A DNA stretch of 64,000 bases from a virus (IMGVR_UViG_3300021959_007005), one strand, 5' to 3'; numbered from the stretch's first letter, positions 35,884 through 44,839 are shown. Translations and numbers: made by a program. Notes: generated by a model not told the origin, from the letters alone.

Positions 35884-37412
35884 ACTTCAACTCCACCTAA
35901 CGCATCCGTTTTTGTATCCCATCCGCCTATTGCTTCGTGTTCGTCATCACCACCTGTATATTCTTCAGTAGTGGCTGGATCACCAGCTCTATCATTTACA
36001 AAGATAGTTTCTTTATTTTCGATTTGTTTACGAGTTGGCACAATTGCATCAATACTTTCAAACCATTCAGCAAATGGACCTGGAAAAGTTTCTACAAAGT
36101 TTTTATTTCTACGCACATCATATTGGGCAAAGAATGCTTTAAAATCGTTGTATAGTTTAGGCATATCTGCTGTGTTTTTGTGAGGAGTTTTTACAATGTC
36201 CAAATAGTCTATAAGTCGCTGTACACTAGCACGTTCTCCATCATTTAACATTTGTTGAGGGCGTTCACTGTTAAACCATAACTGTAGCTTATCTTTATAG
36301 TGACGCTTAATTTCTACTGGAATAATTGCACAACTTTGAAAACTAGGAAAACGTAAAATGTTTAATGTCATAGTAGGCGCACGACGACCATAAGTTTCAC
36401 GCAAGTCTAACATTTCGTCCATAAACTCTGTAATAGTAGTTAAGCACAATGAATTGATTGTCATCATCATATGTAATTTAGATACATTTGATTCTTTAAG
36501 AACACGATGAATACTACTCATCCATAAATCATAATCTAGTCCATCACGTATATATTCTGCTTGTGGCTTTGTCGCTTCCATAGATGTGTAGATTTCAAAG
36601 TTAGGAACATGCCAAGACTTTTCAATTAACTTGTCTAGTACCTTAGGTGTTTGTGGCGACAAGTTACTATTAATAGCAAATCTCATTTGTCTGCCTCTAT
36701 AAGGATTCTGCTCGAACCAATCGAACAATTTCCACGTGCCTTTATGCATAATAGGCTCGCCGCCGGTAATACGAATTTCTTCAAGGTTGTCTGCTAATCC
36801 GTTCTCCCACCATTTATGAAATGCTTGTATGTATGGGTTGTCTTCTTGTTTCTTTGTTGCTGGTTCTGCCCAAGGAGCAGTATCTGAGAAATGACCACGA
36901 CCGTCACTTTGAATATTTTGATAAGCACCATAGTCGTTGATATCTTTAACCCAAGCTGTACTAAATGCTGGATTACAGTATGAACATTTTAAGTTACAAG
37001 CACGATCAAAAGAAATTTCAAGTGTACGCAACATAACATTGTCGTCCCACGGCATCTCTGTACTTTTGGTTATATCTTCGTCTTTGAAAATTTCAGTTTT
37101 AAACACACGATCACTGATGTGATCCTTACCCATGTCTTCAACTTTCCAACAGTATTCACACTCAGCAGGTCGTTCGCCTTTGAGCATCATTTTTCGCATT
37201 TTTTTCTTATGAGATGTATTATGAATAGCAGTATGATCTTTTTCAAGTTCATCCAATGGGATCCAATGTCCTGGTGGGTGATGGCAACTAGTAGTTTGTC
37301 CATGACCTAACCATATAGTAGCATTATACCACTTAGCCGCACAATAACTAGTACTAATACTATCAATCATACGTTCTTTATATGCCTGTAATGATTCGCT
37401 GTGTTTACGCAT
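35880..37412 (-). CDS. Radical SAM protein, N-terminal Twitch variant (CH instead of CC), acidic C-terminal tail
   Basis: YCAAKW..SCHHP..CEYCW; CNLKCSYC; ITGGEP; YDVRR; ~55-aa tail rich in D/E/G. Confidence 0.92.
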   Translation of the reverse strand: MRKHSESLQAYKERMIDSISTSYCAAKWYNATIWLGHGQTTSCHHPPGHWIPLDELEKDHTAIHNTSHKKKMRKMMLKGERPAECEYCWKVEDMGKDHISDRVFKTEIFKDEDITKSTEMPWDDNVMLRTLEISFDRACNLKCSYCNPAFSTAWVKDINDYGAYQNIQSDGRGHFSDTAPWAEPATKKQEDNPYIQAFHKWWENGLADNLEEIRITGGEPIMHKGTWKLFDWFEQNPYRGRQMRFAINSNLSPQTPKVLDKLIEKSWHVPNFEIYTSMEATKPQAEYIRDGLDYDLWMSSIHRVLKESNVSKLHMMMTINSLCLTTITEFMDEMLDLRETYGRRAPTMTLNILRFPSFQSCAIIPVEIKRHYKDKLQLWFNSERPQQMLNDGERASVQRLIDYLDIVKTPHKNTADMPKLYNDFKAFFAQYDVRRNKNFVETFPGPFAEWFESIDAIVPTRKQIENKETIFVNDRAGDPATTEEYTGGDDEHEAIGGWDTKTDALGGVEV

Positions 37413-37454
37413 ATGTTTACTTGTCCTTCATTCTATAATACTTCTATTTAATTT

Positions 37455-38993
37455 CTAAGATGATGTATAACAATCATTCCACCAACCACTAAGCTCTGGA
37501 AATACTTCAATAAAGTTTGTATTTCTTCTATCATCAATTTGATTAAAATATTCCCAAAACTGTTTCTGCCGAAGTTGCAATTCATCTTCACTAATCGATT
37601 CTGCTCCCGACTTAATCCATGCAATGTCCCTTTTAACTTTTTCAATTTCATGATCTAAAAATCCATGAAAAGTTGTATCATAATCTTCTTTAGCTCGATT
37701 ACTTTCCATAAATTCTACAGCATCTTCCATATACTTCATTACCTCAGGTATATAATGTATGTTCTGTGCAGACATCCATGTAGGCTGCCTAAGATAAGGT
37801 ATATCAAAATATATACGTTGTCTCTGATATCTCACAAATGGACCTCGGTGTTTTCCTGTTTCATCAATAGGAGAATCATTTACAATATTTTGATTATCAA
37901 ATCCAAACTCTACTCGAAGATCTAATATCATTTGTAAGTATTGTTGTATTCTCGGAATACTTAGTAAGTTAAATGTGTTAATAAAAGTGACACTAGTTCC
38001 TGTAGTCTCAGATAATATGCGCTTTGTATTATTTAACACGACATCATAATCCATACCAGTACGAATATATTCAGCTTGTTCTCCTACACTATCAAAACTA
38101 ACAAACAAATTAAAATGTTTGATAGCAGGTGCAACAAAAAAGTTATTATCAGTATAAGGATTAATTTTATTTTTATCTTCCCAGATCCTTGTTGTTTCTA
38201 TCTCTTGAAGATGTTCAACAAATTTATCAAAAAGTTTAGGTTGAGGAGGACACATATTACTAGTAATACTAATTTCAATATCTTGATTAGGATTGTCGTT
38301 TACATATTTTAATACTTTGAATGTATTTTTATCCATGAGAGGTTCGCCACCTGTCATACGAAATATCTTCAAATCTTTGTATAGGTCAGGCCACCACTTC
38401 CAAAATGCTTCCACATATGGGTTTTCTTTTGCAGCGCCTTTAATCGGCATCAGTCCTATTTTGTCTAAATGTTCTTTATCATTATGCACAAAGTCTGTTA
38501 AGTGGAATGCTCCATGATCGTCAATCTCTTTTTCCCATTCAGTACTCAAATGCGGACTACAATATGTACACTTGAAGTTACATGCTTGATTAAAATTTAC
38601 CTCTACGTAACGTGGATTAATGTTTTCATCCCAACTGCCTTCCAATACCTCATTCCAGCCGTCAGTTCCTACCCATTCTTCCCCACTTCGATAATGTCTA
38701 TCACTCAGATCCCCTTGATCTTCTAATTTCCAACAGTAACTACATCCTGCTGGCCTTTTACCTTCAAGCATTTCTTTACGCTGTAATGCTTTTTCTTGAG
38801 TATTGTGTAATGCCTTAGGATTATTTTTTAACTCACTAAGCGGTATTTTATGCGTAGGTGGATGATAACAGCTCTGAGTCAGTCCTTGCGGTAAGTGCAG
38901 ACTAACTTGTAGCCACTTAGCCATACACATGCTGGGACTAATATCATTTAGCTTTTCTTTAGTACGTTGTGCATTAGAAAGATAATCTTTCAT
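37455..38993 (-). CDS. Radical SAM protein, N-terminal Twitch variant (CYH)
   Basis: MCMAKW..SCYHP..CSYCW; CNFKCTYC; MTGGEP; IDDRR. Confidence 0.92.
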   Translation of the reverse strand: MKDYLSNAQRTKEKLNDISPSMCMAKWLQVSLHLPQGLTQSCYHPPTHKIPLSELKNNPKALHNTQEKALQRKEMLEGKRPAGCSYCWKLEDQGDLSDRHYRSGEEWVGTDGWNEVLEGSWDENINPRYVEVNFNQACNFKCTYCSPHLSTEWEKEIDDHGAFHLTDFVHNDKEHLDKIGLMPIKGAAKENPYVEAFWKWWPDLYKDLKIFRMTGGEPLMDKNTFKVLKYVNDNPNQDIEISITSNMCPPQPKLFDKFVEHLQEIETTRIWEDKNKINPYTDNNFFVAPAIKHFNLFVSFDSVGEQAEYIRTGMDYDVVLNNTKRILSETTGTSVTFINTFNLLSIPRIQQYLQMILDLRVEFGFDNQNIVNDSPIDETGKHRGPFVRYQRQRIYFDIPYLRQPTWMSAQNIHYIPEVMKYMEDAVEFMESNRAKEDYDTTFHGFLDHEIEKVKRDIAWIKSGAESISEDELQLRQKQFWEYFNQIDDRRNTNFIEVFPELSGWWNDCYTSS

Positions 38994-40175
38994 TTAATGT
39001 CCTTTAATATTTTATTTTTTGGCAGTCTTTCCATACTGCACTTAGTTCAGGGAAAGTTTTAACAAAACTTGTGTTACGTCTGGAATCTAGTTGTTTAAAG
39101 TAATTATAAAATTGAAACTTTCTATTTTTTGCATCGCCTAATTTAATCTTAGAATTTTTAATAATTGAAATGTTTCTTTTTACTTTAGCTATTTCAAACT
39201 GTGTAAACCCTAATCCTTGCTCCGTCTCTTGGTTTTGCTGCATAAACTTAACACAATCGTCTAGAATATCTAGCATATCTGGATAAAATACAGCAAAGTC
39301 TGCATTCATCCAAATTGGTTCTCTGAGTAGTGGAATATCAAACCAAATTCGACATCGATCTTTACTTTCACTAAATTTCATTTTAAGTTCTAGTATATAC
39401 TCTAAAAAATGTTTGAATCCAGTGATACTTAAAAAATTGAAAGTGTTAATAAAAGTTATCTCACTGTTTTTTGTATTACGTAAAAACTTATGTACGTTAT
39501 CTTGAAACACTTGCCAATCTAATCCATTACGTATATATTCCGCTTGTTTTCCCACACTATCTATACTTGCAAAAAGCATAAAGTTTTTGATTCTGGGAAC
39601 GTTTAACATGACTCCCTGATTGCCTTCTTCATCGCTTGGTGGTGCACCTAAGCACTTCCATTCTAGATTTTCATCTGGTTTAAACCAAATAAGTGTATAC
39701 AAAAAATCTCCATGTTCGGTTCTGTTTCTACTGTCAAATTCTAATCCAATATCTTCTAGTGTTAAACGCTGTTTTTTTGGATCAATAGTAGGATCGTCTA
39801 CAGTAGAGTCATCTAATACAATAGCCCTTTGCCAATTCTGCCAATTAATATCTGGATCAGATTCAGCAAAATAAGTAACTTCTTTTAAAATTCCACGATC
39901 AATCCAGTCATTATAAACTTCTTGTGTAATATCATTTTCGATATTTTTAATATTAGTTATAAACTGATCAAAAAGTTTAGGTTGAGGAGGACACATGTTA
40001 CTAGTAATACTAAGCTCAAGTAATTGATTAGGATTCTTGTTTACATAATCTAATACTTTGAATGTATTTTTGTCCATAAGGGGCTCACCGCCTGTCATGC
40101 GAAATACTTTAAGATCACTATATAGGTCAGGCCACCACTTCCAAAATGCTTCCACATATGGGTTTTCTTTTGCAG
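38380..40175. repeat. Identical nucleotide tracts shared by the two adjacent radical SAM paralogs
   Basis: 55 nt identical at 38380-38434 and 40121-40175; 30 nt identical at 38226-38255 and 39967-39996. Confidence 0.85.
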
Positions 40176-40746
40176 TGCTTTTAATGGGCATTAGTCCTTT
40201 ATCAACAAGTGAATCAATATCATTATGTTTATTATAGCCTATATTAACTGGGCCGAATTTGTCAATCTCTTTTTCCCATTCAGTACTTAGATGAGGACTA
40301 CAGTAGGTACATTTAAAATTACAACTTTGGTTAAAGTTTACTTCCACATAATGAGGATTAATGTTTTCATCCCAACTGCCTTCTAAAACTTTATCAAATC
40401 CAGATTGCGCCCAGCCTTCTCCACTTCGATAATGCCTATCACTCAAATGTCCTTGATCTTCAATCTTCCAGCAATAACTGCATCCCGTGGGTCGTTTTCC
40501 CTCCCACATTTTTTTTCTTTCAAGAACTTTATGTACAGTATTGTGAAGTGCTCGTGGATTATTTTCAAGCTCAGATAATGGGATATTGTGTACAGGAGGA
40601 TGATAACAACTTTGTGTAAGTCCAGCGGGTAAATGTATACTAACTTGTAGCCACTTAGCTAAACAAAAACTGGTACTAACAGAGGACAATTGTTGTTTGA
40701 TTTCATCTTCGCCGTCAAGATTACGTGAAATTGAAAATTTAGCCAT
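39004..40746 (-). CDS. Radical SAM protein, N-terminal Twitch variant (CYH) with a ~115-aa insertion
   Basis: FCLAKW..SCYHP..CSYCW; CNFKCTYC; MTGGEP; LDSRR; close paralog of 37455..38993. Confidence 0.92.
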   Translation of the reverse strand: MAKFSISRNLDGEDEIKQQLSSVSTSFCLAKWLQVSIHLPAGLTQSCYHPPVHNIPLSELENNPRALHNTVHKVLERKKMWEGKRPTGCSYCWKIEDQGHLSDRHYRSGEGWAQSGFDKVLEGSWDENINPHYVEVNFNQSCNFKCTYCSPHLSTEWEKEIDKFGPVNIGYNKHNDIDSLVDKGLMPIKSTAKENPYVEAFWKWWPDLYSDLKVFRMTGGEPLMDKNTFKVLDYVNKNPNQLLELSITSNMCPPQPKLFDQFITNIKNIENDITQEVYNDWIDRGILKEVTYFAESDPDINWQNWQRAIVLDDSTVDDPTIDPKKQRLTLEDIGLEFDSRNRTEHGDFLYTLIWFKPDENLEWKCLGAPPSDEEGNQGVMLNVPRIKNFMLFASIDSVGKQAEYIRNGLDWQVFQDNVHKFLRNTKNSEITFINTFNFLSITGFKHFLEYILELKMKFSESKDRCRIWFDIPLLREPIWMNADFAVFYPDMLDILDDCVKFMQQNQETEQGLGFTQFEIAKVKRNISIIKNSKIKLGDAKNRKFQFYNYFKQLDSRRNTSFVKTFPELSAVWKDCQKIKY

Positions 40747-40751
40747 AATGT

Positions 40752-41732
40752 CTATTCAATACTGTCGTTGACTTGTTCTTCACGTACCATTGCACCCAAT
40801 CTATGTGGATTCTTGTATACGGTCTTAAAGAATCTACTGCCAACCCTTCCCATATCTGCAATTTCTAAGTCTAATACTGAACGAAGGTTTTCGCCTATCT
40901 CTATAGTTTTTGCTGTTACCTTGTCAATATCCCATGATACACCAGTGTTTACACACAATTCATTTCCGCCCTCAAACTCTGGGAATAACTCAGTTGTAAA
41001 GTAATTACTAAGCCAATCAAAGTCACGCACATTTTTCCAATCCCATGCATTACGTTGTATATTAGTCATTTGGCATCCAAGTCGTGCACCATACATTGCC
41101 CAAATTCCATTAGTAACGTCTTCGCCAACACTCATCCATACCATCAGTCTCTTATAATTTTCACGATATATGTGTTTAAGTTTTGCAGGATCAACTACAT
41201 TGCCATCTTCTAGTCCCATCTTAACACCTTCACGAAACCCTGCACGCCAAGCCTGTAGTGGGCTACCATTGTTCATTACATCACAGTAAATATTATTCAT
41301 TTGTACATAGTTAATATTCCAACAAAAGTCAACCTGTGCTCTTTTATCACTTGCAGGGGCGGCTTCATGTGTACGCATACGGTTAACAACATCAACGGGC
41401 CAACATTTAATACCGCCGTTACCATATACCAAACCATTTACTGTATTTTTACCTGCCCAACTAATGACGTCATTGCTTTTGATTCGGTCCATATCAACTT
41501 CTACATTGAAAAAATCTTCTTTTACTACATTATCAGCATCAATAGTAATAAATCGTTCAGTGTCACTCATAGCAGCGGCGGCTTTATGTGCGGCGTCACT
41601 TCCCCATACTCCATGACTTCGTTTAGCCCAAGGCGCCTTTTCAAGTAAGTCTGAATAATTTTCATCAGCATTAGGCTCGTCATAGCTAATAAAAATTATA
41701 TCAAATTCAGTAATTGGTACTAAATTTGTCAT
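40752..41732 (-). CDS. Putative GT-A glycosyltransferase, paralog of 11981..12718
   Basis: ISYDEP, AAHK, IDAD (DxD), YGNGGIK, AWRAGFRE. Confidence 0.65.
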   Translation of the reverse strand: MTNLVPITEFDIIFISYDEPNADENYSDLLEKAPWAKRSHGVWGSDAAHKAAAAMSDTERFITIDADNVVKEDFFNVEVDMDRIKSNDVISWAGKNTVNGLVYGNGGIKCWPVDVVNRMRTHEAAPASDKRAQVDFCWNINYVQMNNIYCDVMNNGSPLQAWRAGFREGVKMGLEDGNVVDPAKLKHIYRENYKRLMVWMSVGEDVTNGIWAMYGARLGCQMTNIQRNAWDWKNVRDFDWLSNYFTTELFPEFEGGNELCVNTGVSWDIDKVTAKTIEIGENLRSVLDLEIADMGRVGSRFFKTVYKNPHRLGAMVREEQVNDSIE

Positions 41733-42715
41733 ATTGTAATCTCCTCTTGTGCAAACGTAATATTGCGTATATTGTCTGATACTAATATTTTACATTGATC
41801 TACATTGTCAGTCAAGTTTAAATTTATTTCTTGTTTCCAACCTATTTTTTCAAATGGTATTTTTATTGTTGATAATAAGCTATTTGGATCTTTTTTAGTA
41901 ATATAAAAAGTCAAGTCTCCAAAAATTTTATGTTCCTGTGGATCACTAAAATTACTACGCATAACCCATCCATTAGTTGTATTACTTATTACAAATGTCG
42001 GTACTTGAATTTGTCCAGGTTCATAAATTTTAGCATGATATCGTTTATGACTTTTATTACTTGTATACTCAGCACCAACAAAATATTCCTTAGTTCTAAT
42101 AGAATAACTTTTAAAAATTCTTCTTGTTAAAATTTGTATATCATCTAAACTACATATCGTTCTCAGATGACTCATATCAAAAATACGAAATCCATCATTC
42201 ATAAGATCAATAGGATCAATTTCATATGTAGACATCAGATAGCTTGGGTTCTTTTTACTAATCAGATAAAATTTAATTTTACTATACTGACTTTGCGAAC
42301 TTTGTTTTTTAACGTGTCGAGCACCAGTCATTCTATATACTGTGTCTTGATTAAAATTTACTTCCATTTTCCAATCATTTGTATACAAGATAATGTTAAC
42401 GTCACAATTTTTGTTATGATACTCAGGTATCATACTAAGTTGGTCTTCTTCCTTTTTAATGGTAAGTTTTTTACTTTTCGCCATCAAGACGAATCCATCT
42501 TTACTCTCAGACACAACAAAACGGCGTGGGTCTAATTCCCCAAGCATTATTTTTCTAGCATTGTCGTCATTAGTCTTAAGATAAGAATGCTTGCTAGGTT
42601 TTGGTTTATTTGAAATTTCAACAACCTGACCATCCCATTCTTCATAGTATACAAAGTAATCAGCTGGAGGTTTATCCACTATATATTCACTTAGTGACAG
42701 AAAGTTTGAGGTCAT
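41729..42715 (-). CDS. Hypothetical protein with an internal duplication
   Basis: KFYLISKKNPSYLMST versus TFYITKKDPNSLLST; coupled overlaps with both neighbours. Confidence 0.7.
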   Translation of the reverse strand: MTSNFLSLSEYIVDKPPADYFVYYEEWDGQVVEISNKPKPSKHSYLKTNDDNARKIMLGELDPRRFVVSESKDGFVLMAKSKKLTIKKEEDQLSMIPEYHNKNCDVNIILYTNDWKMEVNFNQDTVYRMTGARHVKKQSSQSQYSKIKFYLISKKNPSYLMSTYEIDPIDLMNDGFRIFDMSHLRTICSLDDIQILTRRIFKSYSIRTKEYFVGAEYTSNKSHKRYHAKIYEPGQIQVPTFVISNTTNGWVMRSNFSDPQEHKIFGDLTFYITKKDPNSLLSTIKIPFEKIGWKQEINLNLTDNVDQCKILVSDNIRNITFAQEEITI

Positions 42716-43541
42716 CTATTATTTCTTTCGTTATAAATTGCTCGTCACCGTAATGAATAATTCCAGAAGACAATTTATGATTTTCTATAATTATATCACC
42801 ATCATCAGTGTACCAACTGTTAAGCATTTCTGTCCAGTTTTTTGGAATATCAGAGTGCCATAATCCTTGACTACGATTATCAAGATCATAAAAATCATCC
42901 ATCCAAATACCAATGTTATCTTCTTGGTTTAGTAAGTATGTTACAATATTTGTTAAAACATTCTTATTAAAAGTTTCTGGTCTTTTCTCATTGAATATTT
43001 TTGCATACATATCTCGCCAGTTTTGAAAAACTGGATCTGCCATTTTAAACCATTCAATAGCCTCATCAGTTGATTTATCAAAGTATATCAAATGACTATA
43101 ATGTTGTGATAGTTTGTAATGACTTTCAAATTCAAATTTACTGGTTTTCTGTGCAATTCCATTTCTAAAATTTCTAGCAACAATAGGCATAGCTATACTT
43201 TTGTTTTTAAATTGTTGCCAAAAAAGGTCTATATCAACATTTAAAAATAACATATCATTATCAATATACACTGTTTCATTGAAAGGAGAACAATGATACA
43301 TTTGCCATAAATTCGTGCCATGAAATCCATCTTTATATGCTGAATTACCAAATTTTAATTCAGTTATATAATCAAAAACATCATGGTATACGTCCGGTAC
43401 ATCGTCAAGTTTTCCCTGATCGACCACTAAGCATATTTCAGAATTAGGGTCACACTTTTTAATACTACATGCTAATGCATAATTATATTGAATTTGGTCA
43501 GTTTCAGTATTAATTCCCAGTGTTATGAATCCTCTACTCAT
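42687..43541 (-). CDS. GT8-like glycosyltransferase
   Basis: YALACSIK..ICLV..SPFNETVYIDNDMLF (DxD); start MSRGF at 43541 (ORF track gives 43556). Confidence 0.6.
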   Translation of the reverse strand: MSRGFITLGINTETDQIQYNYALACSIKKCDPNSEICLVVDQGKLDDVPDVYHDVFDYITELKFGNSAYKDGFHGTNLWQMYHCSPFNETVYIDNDMLFLNVDIDLFWQQFKNKSIAMPIVARNFRNGIAQKTSKFEFESHYKLSQHYSHLIYFDKSTDEAIEWFKMADPVFQNWRDMYAKIFNEKRPETFNKNVLTNIVTYLLNQEDNIGIWMDDFYDLDNRSQGLWHSDIPKNWTEMLNSWYTDDGDIIIENHKLSSGIIHYGDEQFITKEIIDDLKLSVTK

Positions 43542-44460
43542 ACTCTTCATCTCCATTTAATACTTTTAATGAGTGTGCTAACTCTTTAAGAATACCTGGT
43601 GCATGTCGAGCCAATGCACGTTTATTCATAATATGCAGATTTTCATTTTCAGTTCTGACTAATAAATTTTTCCATTGTTCTTGTCGATTATGTGCCAAGA
43701 AAGTCCAATCGTTTATATTTTTAACTCTGATTAAATCATCTTTCTGATCCATATTTACAAGCGGAATATTTTTAAAATCATGTACCAGGTTATTACTATT
43801 AAACCCATTTAGCATATGGGCAGCAATACTTACACAAAAATCTGTTCTAAATAAACTAGGAGGAAACTGATAGAGCAAATGATAATACTCCCAATTTTCT
43901 TTAACATGAGCCCACATATCAAAGAATATTTTACTCTCATCAGATTTATCAAAGTAAACAGCGGTACTCCACCAGTGATGAATGCCAGCTTCATTTAGTT
44001 GTTGCTCATTTAGATATGGAGGTGTAAAATCCAAATACCTTGCAGTACGATGCATACCCAATGATACGTCACTTTCAAACAAATAATTGTAAAAATTATT
44101 TTGTATTATATAATCACTATCAATTAATAGTGTTTTATCAAAAGGAGTAAGATTAAAGATGTCATTTTTATTTTTATTACTAAACTGTGCAGCAAATTCA
44201 GTCCAAGGACTGTCATAATGTTTACGTGGATTGGGATCATGGTCAATTTCATGTGCGATTACATAATCAAAAAACAGAGATTGCATATCCTCAGTCATGC
44301 TCTGTTCCATCCAGGACACCGTGCCAGTATCAGTAATTAATGCGACTTCAATATTTTTCATATTGAGTTTAGCATATCCAGCTGCAATAGATGCAAATTG
44401 TAGATAATCAAGCTGACTATTGTTGTAGGCAATTATTGCAACACCTTGCTTGCTACTCAT
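43534..44460 (-). CDS. GT8-like glycosyltransferase, tandem paralog of the adjacent gene
   Basis: VALITD..TPFDKTLLIDSDY (DxD)..WSTAVYFDKS..FRTDF. Confidence 0.6.
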   Translation of the reverse strand: MSSKQGVAIIAYNNSQLDYLQFASIAAGYAKLNMKNIEVALITDTGTVSWMEQSMTEDMQSLFFDYVIAHEIDHDPNPRKHYDSPWTEFAAQFSNKNKNDIFNLTPFDKTLLIDSDYIIQNNFYNYLFESDVSLGMHRTARYLDFTPPYLNEQQLNEAGIHHWWSTAVYFDKSDESKIFFDMWAHVKENWEYYHLLYQFPPSLFRTDFCVSIAAHMLNGFNSNNLVHDFKNIPLVNMDQKDDLIRVKNINDWTFLAHNRQEQWKNLLVRTENENLHIMNKRALARHAPGILKELAHSLKVLNGDEEYE

Positions 44461-44463
44461 TTT

Positions 44464-44811
44464 CTACCAATCCATTAACTTTTTAACACTTCGAGCTCTG
44501 TTAATTTTTTCTATTTGTGTTTTATATTCATTTGTTGCTGCCTGATATGCTTCAAGCAATTCACGACAAAAATCTTCCAAGTCCTCAATCAAAATTGGAT
44601 TATCTTTGATATCTAGTATAACACTTGATTTTTTTCCATGTTGTATTAATGCGTTAACAAATCCAATAGTATGTGAATCAGCCATAAACGTGCCCTTTTC
44701 ATAATGCACAGTTTGTATGACATTCATTCTACTTCTAATTTGTCTTTTTTGGTTGCCTAAGGTTGTTCTATAATTAGCAAATTCTAACGCTTTCTCTAAA
44801 CGTTCGTCCAT
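44464..44811 (-). CDS. Hypothetical protein (115 aa)
   Basis: Strong AGGAGA Shine-Dalgarno and promoter motifs upstream; first gene of the leftward accessory block. Confidence 0.75.
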   Translation of the reverse strand: MDERLEKALEFANYRTTLGNQKRQIRSRMNVIQTVHYEKGTFMADSHTIGFVNALIQHGKKSSVILDIKDNPILIEDLEDFCRELLEAYQAATNEYKTQIEKINRARSVKKLMDW

Positions 44812-44839
44812 ACGGATATTCTCCTGTTAATTAACTACT

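Noticed and set aside
37445-37450. Additional TAAATA on the minus strand upstream of 37412
   Set aside because: It is only the 6-mer core in AT-rich DNA, 32 nt from the ATG and without the N5 spacing, so it is indistinguishable from chance.
39595-39936. Possible intein in the ~115-aa insertion
   Set aside because: No N-terminal Cys/Ser block A, no TxxH block B and no C-terminal HN-(C/S/T); the paralog has a different short insert at the same site.
1-44811. RiPP gene cluster interpretation of the SPASM/Twitch enzymes
   Set aside because: No recognisable precursor array, PqqD/RRE domain, peptidase or exporter; the small ORFs (40, 57, 74 aa) lack leader/core or repeated Cys/Ser patterns; the neighbours are sugar enzymes. 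It is not excluded if precursors lie outside the window.
1-44811. Bacterial capsule/O-antigen locus or giant-virus origin
   Set aside because: It is contiguous with gp25/gp6 baseplate genes and shares T4-type late motifs with them; no Wzx/Wzy/ABC exporters or NCLDV hallmark genes are present.
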